Shown: positions 28,308-41,946, counted from the first letter of the stretch. The stretch is 64,000 bases of DNA from Eledone cirrhosa (GCA_964016885.1 OZ024740.1:299522001-299586000), one strand, 5' to 3'. Made by a program: numbers and translations. Notes: a model not told the origin generated them from the sequence alone.

Positions 28308-28951
28308 GTTGCCGAATTAGTTATATAAGATAAGAATCCTGTGTTATTTTAACGGCATTGATTATACGTATATTGCTTTCGTAGAATTAGAATTTTATTA
28401 AAATTTTAATAAAAAGTTTCCGGTTGGGCCTATTGATTATAATGAATATTAACATAGTTCCTGCCACGGGATACCACATCTGCGATTGGTGATTTGCATA
28501 GCGTCGAGTGATTTAATTTATTACATCAATCTTGACTAAGCGGAATCACAATAGTTCTTAAGCCAATTACTTACAAGATGAAATTCTTCAAAACGTCGTC
28601 CGTCAATGGTCATAAATTTCTTGGCGTAATTAATCCCAGTGGTTGCATATTAGTCACCAACAAGAACAATTGTCTTATCCTTATGCGATCACTAAAATCA
28701 CACGGTAACTCTTGCAATTGTTCGCCAACATTCTGACCAATACAAATCAAATTCCACTATCTGCTCTTTAACTCTTTGTATTTCAAATCCAGAGAAATGT
28801 TTACACATGTGTGCCTACAATCCAATACGTCATCGCTTCAATTGATATAAGAGATGAGAAGAGACAAGATGGCACGTAAGATACGACTTCAACAATTTTT
28901 ACAATGAAAAATGTTTGTGTGATACGTTGATCATGCTCTAAATTATTGGCA

Positions 28952-29001
28952 AAGTAATGTACTGGGTTAATTGCCGGCCTTGTGCCAAAAGTAGAAACAA
29001 T
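28952..29001 (+). mobile_element. octopod SINE 3' fragment
   Basis: gtaatgtactgggttaattgccggccttgtgccaaaagtagaaacaat. Confidence 0.7.
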
Positions 29002-30172
29002 TATTATTATTATATATATGTGTGTGTGTGTGTGTGCGTGTGTGTGCGTGTGTGTGTACATGTGTATATATATATATATATATATACATTCAAACAAACC
29101 AATGCAGGTTAATTTGTCTGTGAATATGTATGTATACTCTAGCATGAAATTCTAATCACACACCAGGCATCTTCCCTCCCCACTGAAGGTATCAATGCTT
29201 TTACTCTCAACATGTAAGCAATAACTGTATATTCTGTATGAATTCACAGCTATAGTCAAATTCTATTATTGTATATTGTTTATAATTTAAATTCATATCA
29301 AACGACTACCTATAACACGACAACACTATTACTCTATAAACAATGAAGATCATTAGATATATAATAGCTATTGTCTATATTTAATGCTTTTCATCAAAAG
29401 AATGAGAATACTTGGGTGTGAGACAGAAAGAGTTTGTGTCCATGAATATTAAAGTAAATTCAATATACATAGAGAGTGCAAAGAGGAAGTTTTAAAAAAA
29501 ATGTGATTATTTGCTACCGAAAGCACACATGAATGCTTCTGCACTGGATACTCAGAAAATAAAAACATCATTTCTGTTCTAGTGTTAAAGATAACAACAT
29601 TTAGTAAATATAAAACTATATTAAAAAATTCCACAACAAATATCAATGTTGCTTATACATTTCTCTATGGTTATTACAGTTTCACTTAAAGTTATTTCAT
29701 GAATATTCAATGATATATTCAAGAGATATACTAGTAAATACATTTACTATTGGAGTTGTTCTCTATTCGCCTTTAGTTTATAATACATAAATAGATAACA
29801 TTGTGAAATAAATAAATAGATGAATAAATGATATTTTGTACGTTTTATTTGTTGCCGTTTTTAATACAATCCACAACTACGTTTAACATGGCAACATATA
29901 TTTGTAGGATACCAAATATAATCTCTGTTAAGGTAGCACGAAACAGAGACCTCTTTCAAAAATAGGGAACATGTTGGAGAACTCGTTCCAAAATACGCTA
30001 TATTTTGCGAAGAAAGATTGCCATGAGTGGACTGCCTTAGATTTTAGGTCCGTTACAATGGAATTAGCTCGGACGACGGAGAAATTAAATCGATGTGATC
30101 TAATTAATTTCAAATGTGTTCAAATCATTGTGAAACCATTATAGAATGATATTATTTTGACTAGAATGGGGA

Positions 30173-30325
30173 CGAATTGACAGAGACACTAGAACGTTGG
30201 ATAGAATGTTGTGCGGTATTTATTTCGGCTCTCTGAACTCTCTGAGTTCAAGTCCTGCCGAGGTCAATTTTGCTTTTCATTCATTCGACGTCGGTAAGAA
30301 AGTACCTGTCTAGCACTGGTGTCGA
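30173..30325 (+). mobile_element. diverged octopod SINE
   Basis: gagttcaagtcctgccgaggtcaattttgcttttcattcattcgacgtcggtaagaaagtacc. Confidence 0.65.
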
Positions 30326-30479
30326 ATCTTCCTCTATATCATTTTTTCACTCCCTGTCCTGTATTTAAAGGGATAGTGGAGATGGGCTCCGACACGCTTA
30401 AAAATGACCTAAAAGTGTCGTATATGAATATGGTGCCCCAACGATTCCACCAGGACTTACGGGACCATAGATATCCATC

Positions 30480-30750
30480 TATCTAGGGCGGGTAAAATTC
30501 TCGAGATCCATGGATAAGTCCTCTCCAGCGGTCTCTGTCCCTCATCATCACTGCCATGTCCTGTGTCTCCAAGAAACCAGTGTCTGTCCTTAGGGCATCA
30601 ACATATGTCAACCCCGGTCTCCCTCTTCTAGTGTGTCCGTGCAGGGACTCCCACAGGAGCACTGAGTGCAGTGTCAAATCTGGATGTCGGTGAGCATGTC
30701 CAGCTAAGCTCAGTCTCCTCTGTACTATTTTCGAGCTGACCTTTGGATAT
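30480..30750 (-). mobile_element. RTE-clade LINE 3' fragment
   Basis: RLSLAGHAHRH..LLWESLHGHTRRGRPGLTYVDAL..MRDRDRWR is typical of the RTE C-terminus. Confidence 0.75.
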
Positions 30751-31619
30751 CTAACTAGCTAAAATCATTCCCCACTTCTACTTTCAAATATTACGACGAC
30801 ATTTATTATATACATCGGCTATAATTCCATAAATAAGCATTACAAGAAAAATTAAATCGATCTTACTACTCGATGACTATTTTGTCTATTCTATCCTGTG
30901 ATTTGGACTCTGGAAGCAACAAGTTTTAACAAAAATGGCGGTTAATTTATCCGACCACTTGCCAAGACGACTCCCTAAGTGGTCACTTAGAAACAACTGC
31001 TCATATGCACTCTCAGAATTTATTGATTACATATTTTTTTATCCGAGGGAAAATGCGTAGTTGTATATTACTTTAATATCCCTGCAGGTTCTATGCATTT
31101 AAAGTGCATTAGAATTGTTATTTTTATTACACATTGCAAGCTGGTTCCAATGCATTATAAAATGCTAAAGCATTTAGATTTTCAACTTAAATATTAAAAG
31201 TGACAAAAGTGAAAATGTGTCTATATATGATAAGCAGGCACAACATCACAAATAGAGAAAGTTTTCTATGATAAAATAGATGAAAATAGTCAATAGGATG
31301 AGTTATATGACATAAATTAAATTCTACACATTACAAAGATTGTATTGTCTGTATATATTTACGTAACAAATATATTGTGTTGTTTAGGCAGAAACCTTTA
31401 CATAGTTATTATGTTTTTTCGATAGTGAAATATCAACTGGTTTCTGCAGGAATGATACCTAACGTTATATGTTTGTATGTATGTATGTATGTATGTATGT
31501 ATGTATGTATGTATGTATGTATGTATGTATGTATGTATGTATGTATGTATGTATGCATGCATGCATGTATGTATGTATGCATGTATGTACGTCTGTAAGT
31601 ATGTGTGTATGTATGTGTG

Positions 31620-31680
<61 letters not shown>

Positions 31681-31820
31681 AAAATGGAACGGGAACAACA
31701 CAGAGAGGCAGTACGAATATATATAGTGCAAATTTAGACGGGAACAAAACAGAGAGGCAGATAATTAAAGGTGTATTAGGTTCACGCTCTTGAGAGTGGT
31801 GTGTGTGTGTGTGTGTGTGT

Positions 31821-32219
31821 AGAATAAAAGAGAAAATACAGGTAAACATTAAAAAAGGGATTTTATCCAGGTACTTACGACCGTTTCATTGGTAAGCGCA
31901 ACCTTATATCGCTATACTGAAAATAGCAGCCACTCGATAATAACTGTTATTCACCTCCAAATTTTCAAAATAATGAATAAGTTTCTTGTAAAAGGTTCTT
32001 AATATATAAAAAAAACATTTTTAAAAATCGTATTTACTAGTATAGAGAGAGAGAGGGGAAGGGGCAGAAGAATTAAGAAGTAGAGGGACAAACGGGGATG
32101 GAGGGGTAAAGATAGAAGGATTTCTCGATCAGTTTTGATTCGTAGACTTCTTGTCGTCAATTTAGAGTGTAGGGAGTTAAAGAGAATTAAATCGTTTATA
32201 GTGGGAGAGAGAGAGAGAG

Positions 32220-32253
<34 letters not shown>

Positions 32254-32859
32254 GGGGCTGAGATAGAGAGATAAATATATATATAAAAAAGGGGGAAGTG
32301 ATAAAAAGAAGAAACGAAAAGAGAACCAAAAAAGGGAGAGAAGAAAAGGGTAAAACGAAAGAAGAGAAAAAGAATGAAGGAGGAGAGAGGGACATAAGTA
32401 TTGGTTACTGTGGGTAATTAAAGGGGTTAGATTCAGTAAGGGTAGAAAGTCTAAATATATGCAGTTTGTCAGGTGGTAGTAGGAGGTTAAGTGTTCGATT
32501 TGCACGTGTAGTGCGAACATTTTTCCTTAAGTCTATGGTTGCAATGAATTGGTCTTTCGATTTTATTGTTGAATAACTTAAGGAAAAATGTTCGCACTAC
32601 AAGTGCAAATCAAACACTTAACATCCTACTACCACCTGACAAACTGCATATACTTTGAATTTCTACCCTCTTATAATATAACCCCTTTAATTACCCACAG
32701 TAACCAATACTTATGTCCCTCTCTTCTCCTCCTTCATTCCTTTTCTCTTTTTTTGTTTTCTTCTTTTCTCCTCTCCCTTTTTTTGTTCTCTATACTTTTC
32801 TTCTTTTTTCTCTTCCCCCTTTTTTATATATATTTATCTCTCTATCTATCCCCCTCCCC

Positions 32860-32938
<79 letters not shown>

Positions 32939-33461
32939 CCACTATAAACGATTTAATTCTCTTTAACTCCCTACACTCTAAATTGACGACATCAAGTCTA
33001 CGAAGAAAAACTGATCGAGGAATCCCTCCATCTTTACCCCTCTCTCCATTCCCGTTTGTCCCTCTACTTCCTAATTCTTCTCCCCTTCCTCTCTCTCTAT
33101 ACTAGTAAATACGATTCCCCAAAAAAATGATTTTTACATATTAAGAACCTTTTACAAGTAACATATTCATTATTTTAAAAATTTGGAGGTGAATAACAGT
33201 TATTATCGAGTGGCTGTTATTTGCAGTATAGCAATATAAGGTTGCGCTTAAAAATGAAACGGTCGTAAATACCTGGATAAAATCCTTTTTTTAATGCTTA
33301 CTGTGTTTTCTCTTTTATTCTTTATACTCCAAGATTGAACGTGATTTACTAACCACATTCTTGCAAACTTGTGGAGTTACCCCTAACCGTATGTTGGAAA
33401 CCGTCCAAGAAACTGGTTATCTTAACTAAATCTAGATTACAATAGGCAATTTTCTACTTTC

Positions 33462-33467
<6 letters not shown>
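31821..33467 (+). mobile_element. large fold-back element (~710/745-bp arms, 43-bp spacer, 3' tail)
   Basis: 31821-32532 is the diverged reverse complement of 32576-33321; tail to (TA)n at 33468. Confidence 0.9.
31872..31972 (-). ncRNA. hammerhead ribozyme, U3:A8 core variant with branched stem II
   Basis: tatt-TTGAAAA-tttgg-[two hairpins]-ccaat-GAAA-cggtcg-TA-agta; the partner copy at 33171-33271 (+) is mutated. Confidence 0.65.
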
Positions 33468-33513
<46 letters not shown>

Positions 33514-33518
<5 letters not shown>

Positions 33519-34512
33519 TTAAGCACAAAAAAAACACAAATCTCACAAGGAAGACATTATTACAAGGGCCCAACCGTTCAATGGACGAAGAAACTCTTGT
33601 GACCTCTGTCTTACCGAAGCATATTACATAACTCTATCACAACCTCTACGGATTAATGATAGATCGAAGGTAACTATTAGCTGTCAACATCGAAGGGCTA
33701 ATTCATTCGCCAACAGAATATTTGACCGAACATAGTCATCTAGCCCCATCTTTACTTATAGGTAATAAGTTAAATAGTTATAGCTAACTTAGATAATTAT
33801 AAGTTACCTCCCTTACATTGTCTCTCAATTAAAAAATTAGCACTTCTTAACTATAAACTACCCACAATTTCTAATTTCTCGCGGAGTTACTTCCCCTGAA
33901 ACCACCCTCTAATTAGTAAGGTAAATATGTCCATTGGCGGCCATCTTGTTACCCATAGGCAGATCTCACACAATGCAGCCTCGACAGAAGAATACTGCTC
34001 GACTATAGCAGACAATAGATATACCCAGGACACCATAGTGAAATACCAATATATCGAACATTACATTCATGTAACATTCTTTCCTTATTTTAATTTATAT
34101 TCCTTTTGAAGTTCCGATGAGCTGCTCTAATTGTACCTAAGTTAATTATTTTCAACTGAACCAGATCAATAATTATCTATAATCATTTGATCCAGAAACA
34201 TTATATGGGGTAGCGAAACAATTGTAAACGGTCATTATTATTATTAATATTATTATTCTTACATCAAACTAAAACTATGTTGACAATCTTTTAATAATGT
34301 CTTCCTTGTGAAATTTGTGGTCTTGTTTTGCTTAACTAATGAATATTTCCAGCTCTGTGCACCTAACCTCTGCATGAACCCAGTCACCTAGCTGCCTTCC
34401 ACTGCATATTGCACATTGAGCACATGCCTTTACGCTTTGGCTTCTTACTAATTCACCAATCTCTCTTCTCCTCTCCTATCTCCATCTCTCTCTTTAAGAT
34501 TGGTTACTCTTG
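33514..34512 (+). mobile_element. non-coding PLE-type module with short inverted 5' pLTR and hammerhead
   Basis: 33514-33562 inverted relative to ~34292-34340; (TA)n left, microsatellite right. Confidence 0.7.
34111..34229 (+). ncRNA. hammerhead with long stem II insert (core CCGATGA)
   Basis: gtt-CCGATGA-gctgctc-(~80 nt)-gggtagc-GAAA-caattg-TA-aac. Confidence 0.7.
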
Positions 34513-34525
34513 ATGTGTGTGTGTT

Positions 34526-34573
<48 letters not shown>

Positions 34574-35073
34574 GTAAAATGTCAGGGCCAGACAGCTGAG
34601 CTCTTGCCGTTTCGACTGAAAATTCAATAGTATATATTCAGCTTTTACAGACCGATTAAATCCAGCTGTTTTTAGTTCGATTTATAGTTTTATATAATGC
34701 TGCCGTATTTAAAGAGAGATACTCCATGCGAATGCTTTGATGAGCTACTTTTTGAACTTTCATCAAGCATTTGCTATCATGTGATGCAAAAACAGCACAC
34801 GTTGGCTGCTGTTATTCCAGCGGTGTATCGTTTGGCAATATAGCTACGGTGATTAGTCTGCTTTTCAATTGATCTCTTAATGCCCAAATTACATTTTGTG
34901 GTACTAGTTCAAAGATAACTCCTACCGAAGAAAAACTTGAATTCCACCAGTTGTACCTTATTTAGTTTAACCATCGTAGTTCGTGAATTTTATTTTGAGA
35001 TTTAAAACAGCTGTATAGGGTTAGTTTAATATCTACACACAGATGTATATATATATATATATGCAAGGGTATG

Positions 35074-35133
<60 letters not shown>

Positions 35134-35329
35134 TGTATATGTCTATGTATGTGAGTGCGTATTTGGAAATAAAAAATATATATATCTGTATTTTTGTCTG
35201 TATAAGTAGCCTACATAACTGTATTAGAGGTACTCTCATGTGTACGTATGTTTGTGTGTATATATATGTGCATGCGTATGTATATATATGTTTATATAAT
35301 CAATATATATATATATATACACACACACG

Positions 35330-35377
<48 letters not shown>

Positions 35378-35469
35378 TATATATTGACAGTCGATCGACT
35401 TTCGTCAAATGGATCGAGGAAACAATGTTTCCGTTGGTCTTTCCAATTGCTAGTACTGTCTATCGGTCG

Positions 35470-35598
35470 CAACTCCAGGTAGAAGGAACAACGTGAAATA
35501 AAGTGTCTTGCTCAAGGACATAACGCATCGCCCGTTCCGGGAATCGAACTTACAACCTCACGATTAGGAATCCAATTCTCTAACCACTCGGCCACACG

Positions 35599-35600
<2 letters not shown>
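35470..35600 (-). mobile_element. tRNA-derived CORE-type SINE
   Basis: Minus strand ggcgtgtggccgagtggttag...gttcgattccc (A/B boxes) followed by gtccttgagcaagacactt. Confidence 0.7.
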
Positions 35601-35655
<55 letters not shown>

Positions 35656-35656
35656 C

Positions 35657-35940
<284 letters not shown>

Positions 35941-35986
35941 CGTAAAATAAGAAAATTATAAAATTAACTTACTTACTAAAATATCA

Positions 35987-36066
35987 CTTCCAACTAATTA
36001 GTTTCTGAAATGGAATAAATATACTTTCCGAAGAAAGCATAGAGAATCATTTCGTCGTCAGGGAAG
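35987..36066 (-). ncRNA. type I hammerhead ribozyme (8-nt palindromic stem III)
   Basis: cttcc-CTGACGA-cgaaatg...catttca-GAAA-ctaattag-TT-ggaag, ~50 nt from (TA)n. Confidence 0.8.
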
Positions 36067-36401
36067 ACTATTCTCAGCTAAGTATCCAGGTAAAGCGTGG
36101 ACTCTGGAAACTTATTCAAAAATAATTCACTGGATAGAAAATAGCAAAGCGTGGACTGAATTCCTAGCCATTGAGAAAATCACTGCCTCTGCGTCGGTGG
36201 CAAATTCAAAAAGAATCAATCACGTGACTACGAGGTCAATCAGTGGAAAGTGGTTTGCTAATAAGACAGCGGCCTGCCTGCTACCATTATTGTTCTGCAA
36301 CCCTATGCATTGAACCACATACTTACTGAGACAAAACCTATATATTTGCTAGCATTGATATGCATCTGTATGTATATATATGTTACTAGATATTAATTCT
36401 T

Positions 36402-36549
<148 letters not shown>

Positions 36550-36733
36550 GGCGGTGGATTGGCAGTATCGATAGAGGGTCGTACGCCATGCTTTCCAGCA
36601 TAGTTACGTCCCTTTACGATCTGATTTCAAATCCCGCCGAGGTTGACTTTACCTTTCATCCTTACGGGGTCGATAAAATAAAGTACCATAATGCACTGGG
36701 TAATTGCTGGCCGTGTGCCTAAAAGTACAAACT
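36550..36733 (+). mobile_element. full-length octopod SINE inserted in (TA)n
   Basis: ggcggtggattggcagtatcg...tcaaatcccgccgaggttgactttacctttcatccttacggggtcgataaaataaagtacc. Confidence 0.9.
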
Positions 36734-37093
36734 TTATATATATATATATATATATATACATCTCTTTGTGTATATGTATGCCTATGTTCGCGGGCGTGTG
36801 TTTATGTATGTGTAGATATTTATTGTTTCCCCTTTTTAAAGTATGTTTGTATGTTTGAAGCTTCGTAAAGAACTACTCTTTGGTCTACACTCTAATTTTT
36901 TTATAACTTTCAGCATTATCATCTTCTCATCATTATTTCTATAAAAACACTTTTAATATTAACCTTATTTCACTATTTATGATTTATAGTAAAAAATAAA
37001 TAATAATTATTGTTATCATACTTTATTATAATAAAAAGGATTATAATAATGATTTCATTTATTGGCCACAAGGGCGATATTATTATTATAATA

Positions 37094-37275
37094 ATTGTTT
37101 CTACTTTAGGCACAAGGCCAGCAATTACCCAGTGCATTACTGGTACTTTATTTTATCGACCCCGTAAGGATGAAAGGCAAAGTCAACCTCGGCGGGATTT
37201 GAACTCAGATCGTAAAGGGACGCAACTATGCTGGAAAGCATGGCGTCCGACCATCCACCGATACTGCCAATCCAC
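37094..37275 (-). mobile_element. octopod SINE
   Basis: Near-identical to 46034-46218 and 51216-51355. Confidence 0.9.
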
Positions 37276-37302
37276 AATGGTTGCTATCGTTATTTATATT
37301 GA

Positions 37303-37511
37303 CTGGTGGATTAGCAGCAGAGTCGGTAGAGCGTCGGATACCATGATTTGCAGCATAGAGTTACGTGCCTTTACGTTCAAATCCCGTCGCGGTTATCTTT
37401 GGCTTTCATCCTTACTGGGTCAATAAAATAAAGCATCAGTAATGCACTGGAGTCGATTTAATCGCTGTTCCACTCCCCACAAATTTCTGGCCTTGTGCTT
37501 ATAATAGAAAT
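37303..37511 (+). mobile_element. diverged octopod SINE, head-to-head with previous copy
   Basis: ctggtggattagcagcagagtcgg...gttcaaatcccg...tttcatccttactgggtcaataaaataaag. Confidence 0.75.
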
Positions 37512-37610
37512 CCTCATTTATATTCATTACCTTACAAAGATTATTATCATTATTTTTTTAAATAATCATAGATTTCAATGTTTTTATTTCTGGCGCCGTT
37601 ACCTCTCCAG

Positions 37611-37680
37611 CCATGCTGTGATGTATAGAGTTACGGCCCTTGCCATTCTGGGTTCAAATCCTGCCGAGGTTAACTTTCCA
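37611..37680 (+). mobile_element. SINE fragment abutting PLE 5' truncation
   Basis: tagagttacggcccttgccattctgggttcaaatcctgccgaggttaacttt. Confidence 0.7.
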
Positions 37681-37711
37681 ATAACTTAAATAAAAGACCT
37701 AGATACAAAAA

Positions 37712-38587
37712 TATAATCTGGTATAATGCTCCTTTTTCTATATCTATTAATAACAATATTCCTAAACTATTCTTTAGGGCCTTAGATAAATGCTTCCCTC
37801 CCTCACATATCTATAGTAAAATCTTTAACAAACATACAATAACATTTTCTTATTCCACCACTTCCAACATCTCTAACATTATCTTTAAACACAACAATAA
37901 AATATTAAATAATAAATCATATCCTTCCAACACTGAGTGTCATAATAATAGTAGTAGTATACCCGACGTCATTGTTACCTCTAGGCTAGATTCTGTAAAT
38001 TTAAATACGACGTCAAACGTAACTTCGTTGAATGTTCATAATACCAATCTAAATCAGGAAAATATTGTTCCTATCGTAAATAACTTCTCCAATCCAATTC
38101 CTTCTATAAATAATACTAGGTCACTTGTTAATAACTTTGTTAATTTCTCTAATCGTAATTGTAATTGGCCTATTAAAACTAAATGTTCTCTTAATAACCA
38201 TTGTCTTGATAAAAACTTAGTCTATGAATGTAAGATTATAACTGATACTAATTCTTTTACCTATTTCGGTTCCACTTCCACTTCCTTCAAAGCTAGATTT
38301 TATAATCACAATTCGTCTTTTAGATACCAACTTAAAAAACTAACACGGCACTCTCGGAACTCATATGGTCCTTGAAAGACAAAAATATTAACTATAACAT
38401 CTCTTGGGGGAAGGTTTGTTCCGCCTTTCCTTACCTGAATTCTTCCCTATCCAAAACATGTAATCTCTGCCTAGTCGAGAAATTTACCATCATATTTAAT
38501 TTCAATTCTATAATAAATAGACGCACAGATTTATTTTCTCTCTTCTTGCATAAATTCCATAGAACATTGCATAAAGTATACAGCTAA
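37712..38587 (+). pseudogene. PLE GIY-YIG endonuclease region, frameshifted
   Basis: ORFs 38028-38375 and 38372-38587 are homologous to 24679-25212 and 60699-61355. Confidence 0.85.
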
Positions 38588-38876
38588 TATCTCAATACCT
38601 TACTAGTTTAAAATCCTTTTTCTCAAAGGCTTATATATCTTTTACAAATATACCCATCTTTCTACCTTATTTCAGTATTATATATTATATAATACAATTC
38701 ACTCATTCTATGTCATTCCTCTTTATCATTTTCCTTTCTTCCTTTTTTCTTTAATCTGTACTTTTTCTTCCCAACTACTTCTCAATTCATATTATTACTC
38801 ACCACAACATTATCCATTCTTCCATCTTTCCTCATATCATTGGCCATAACAATTATTTTTTTAAATACATTATAAT

Positions 38877-39235
38877 ATTACCATTAGAAGTCCTTCGTAA
38901 ACATATAAACTTTTGACGTTAGATTTTTTCTTCCTTAAATTCTTCTTATCTCTTCTGTCTTCTCACGCTCGTTTTAAACCTACTACTTAATCAGACTTTT
39001 ACATATTACAATACATAAAAACAAACTTAAGCCCTAACTAATTTCTTTTAATATATTATATTATTACCATTAGAAAATATTTCGTAAACATATATACTTT
39101 TTGATGTTAGATATTTTCTTCCTTAAACATTCTTTTTTCTTCTTTCCTTCCGCGCTCATTTTAAACAAACTATTTTCGTACACATATTACATTACATAAA
39201 AAACAAACTTAAACCCTAACTAATTCCTCTAAATT
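38877..39235. repeat. ~185-bp imperfect tandem duplication in PLE 3'UTR
   Basis: attaccattagaa..ttcgtaaacatata..cttccttaaa occurs at ~38877 and ~39063. Confidence 0.8.
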
Positions 39236-39680
39236 CATAACTTATTTATTCTCCTCCTTCTTTTCACATTATATCCTTAATATCATTAATATTTTAATTT
39301 TAATAATACATATTAATAAATTCTTTTCTTCGCACATATTATTAAACCCTTCAATATACAAACCTTAATTTAATATTATGCTTAATTCCTTTTTCTTCAT
39401 GCATAAACCTCATTAACTTTTAATTTCAAAATCTTTTAACTTATTTATTATCTTCCAACGGCATTTTAATTTCTCTCTGTGAGACAATATTTTTTCTCGG
39501 TTGTAAAGGCTATCTCTCTCTCTCATCCATCCTTTACTCTTATTTCTTCCTCTTCCTTACCTTTTCCAACCTCCCCTCACTTTTTCCCAATCTCATACAT
39601 CCATCTTAATTTATTTTTCATATGTTGATTTCAAACTTCACTATTCACAAGTGATTTTTAAGTTTCATATCATGTCTCCC

Positions 39681-39747
39681 TATTTTATCTGATGAGAACG
39701 CAGATATCCCATGATGATATTTGGTTTGAAATGCGCATAATAAAATA
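39681..39747 (+). ncRNA. minimal type I hammerhead ribozyme in pLTR
   Basis: tattttat-CTGATGA-gaac...gttt-GAAA-tgcgca-TA-ataaaata. Confidence 0.9.
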
Positions 39748-40099
39748 CTTGGAACTCTTTTAACCATCTTTTGATCTTATATTATATATATATATATATG
39801 AATTACGTATATCTAAAGATATATGGTATGTTGCCCACATTTGAATAGAGAGCCCACCTTTGAATAGAAGACTGACGGCCAGCGCCGTCTAGCGGAATAG
39901 AGCAGAAGTATCGGGTGGGGGGTGATTGTGTATGCATTTGGAACACAAATGTTTCTCATCAAGACAAGGTTTCCCCTAGCTTACTGCTGGACTTTGAGAG
40001 AGGTACAAAGATATACATCTTTCGCTTGTATAGGTGGCATGATTATATATGTATGTATGGTGGGTGTGTGTATGTGCTTATATATAGACATACGCGTGC

Positions 40100-40134
<35 letters not shown>

Positions 40135-40579
40135 TTTATACATATACGTAAATACAAGTGAGTATAAGTATGTTACTACAACTTCGCTCTTAAGCTGCCT
40201 ACTCAGAGAATCTTTCTCACACAGCCTAAACCACACTGCCCGCCTCCCCATTCCCACTCTACCCCAGTACCATACACTCGAACATAAATCACGTTCCATC
40301 ACCAACACTTCCAAAATTTATATTATTTTTGATATATGTTTGTATGTATATATATATATATATATATATATAAGAAAGTAGTACAGCATAATCGAAGCTC
40401 TGGCTGCGGGCAAGCTAACGAATGCTGTCGGTAAGTGCAGCCAAAAGCACTCAATAAGGAATTTTACCTTAGCGTTATAACATTACGTTTAGACAGCTAT
40501 GCAAATTGAAGCCAGCAACCGAAAAGCGAGCCGCTAGGACCAGAACAACGAAAAAGCCGACACAGGGAAAAGTTTGACT

Positions 40580-40709
40580 GTTACCTAAGACAGCATATAT
40601 ATGTGTAGGTATGTATATTCCCTCTGATAGTTTGTACATATTGTACATAGATCTATAGAATATGCATACCAACTCTAACACATATATATCCTAGAAACGA
40701 TCGTAAAAT
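40580..40709 (+). ncRNA. degenerate hammerhead, same family as 44371-44514
   Basis: Core CCTAAGA, long stem II catatatatgtgt../..aacacatatat, GAAA-cgatcg-TA-aaat. Confidence 0.5.
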
Positions 40710-41012
40710 GATGAATTTTTTTAATATAAGGAACTGTTTCTTTGTTTATTCATTATTTTATTAATTTATATATATATATATAGTATTAGTTATACTATTT
40801 ATGGTTATGTAAACACAAAACCTTAAGCAGTTGTAAGTATTTTACACACACCCTAAATAGTGGTAGGCAGTAATGTATTACTACCTTATTACCAGTAAGT
40901 TAAGTAGCTCAATGTAAAAACATCAGATGATTTACAGAGCAGTTATATGAAATATAAGAATCAAAGAACTGTTCAAAACATTATTGTGCTTACAGCTGTT
41001 TCCTCCAAACAT

Positions 41013-41091
<79 letters not shown>

Positions 41092-41093
41092 AT

Positions 41094-41303
41094 ATTTATT
41101 AAAATAACAGATTAAAGTTTAAGCAAAGAATCGCTGCTTTCACCCTTAACGGGAAGATCCCGTTAAGGGTGAAAGCAGCGATTCTTTGCTTAAACTTTAA
41201 TCTGTTATTTTAATAAATATTTACTCTACGGTTCTTATATATTTGATATATATTTATCCTTATCGAGCCCTCTTTGGATTTTAGTCTTCAAATTTATTAT
41301 TAT

Positions 41304-41306
<3 letters not shown>
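41094..41306 (+). mobile_element. perfect ~60-bp-arm hairpin plus tail between (TA)n tracts
   Basis: atttattaaaataacag...cccttaacggga-aga-tcccgttaaggg...ctgttattttaataaat; tail contains ccttatcgagccct. Confidence 0.85.
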
Positions 41307-41339
<33 letters not shown>

Positions 41340-41499
41340 GAGTGAAGAATAACACGGATCGGCGGTTCAGTAGGGTTCATTCCAAGTATTAACAAATGTT
41401 TAATTAGTCTGATGTGTCTAAAAACCGTTGCCCGCTATATGCCGCACCACTCGATTTTAATTAAATTTGTCACCTAACCAAAGATATATCGTTAACTTA

Positions 41500-41690
<191 letters not shown>

Positions 41691-41888
41691 TTATTCAGAT
41701 TTGAGGTTCACCACCGGATAGAGCTGGTCAATTCCGTATGGTCAATCGCAATGTAATAATATAGAGAGTACTCAACGTAAAGGAGTTCAACCGTTTTTGT
41801 TTTTGTAGTTGGTGGTGCTATTACGGAGTTAAATATTATAATGAAATGACAGGAGGCTGGATTTTTGTAAATCCTTGAAAGGTTTATT

Positions 41889-41946
41889 ATACTATGATCA
41901 TTTCAATGACCGGGTTCCGTATGAATCCGGTGATATCATCAGGTAT
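41889..41946 (-). ncRNA. type I hammerhead ribozyme
   Basis: atac-CTGATGA-tatcaccggattcatacggaacccggtcatt-GAAA-tgatca-TA-gtat. Confidence 0.88.

Larger units (their letters stand above)
37680..39785 (+). mobile_element. 5'-truncated Penelope-like element (linker, GIY-YIG, 3'UTR, pLTR), ends in (TA)n
   Basis: IIWYNAPF..KLFFRALDKCFP; NCNWPIKTKCSLNNHCLDKNLVYEC..TYFGSTSTSFKARFYNH; CNLCLVEK..INRRTDLFS; hammerhead at 39681. Confidence 0.9.

Noticed and set aside
35385-35430. Minus-strand GAAA-gtcgatcgac palindrome (related fragment at ~18027-18062)
   Set aside because: No 5' core and followed by TG; at most a half-motif
35525-35600. tRNA-like sequence
   Set aside because: Continues into a CORE-like SINE body; a SINE head, not a tRNA gene
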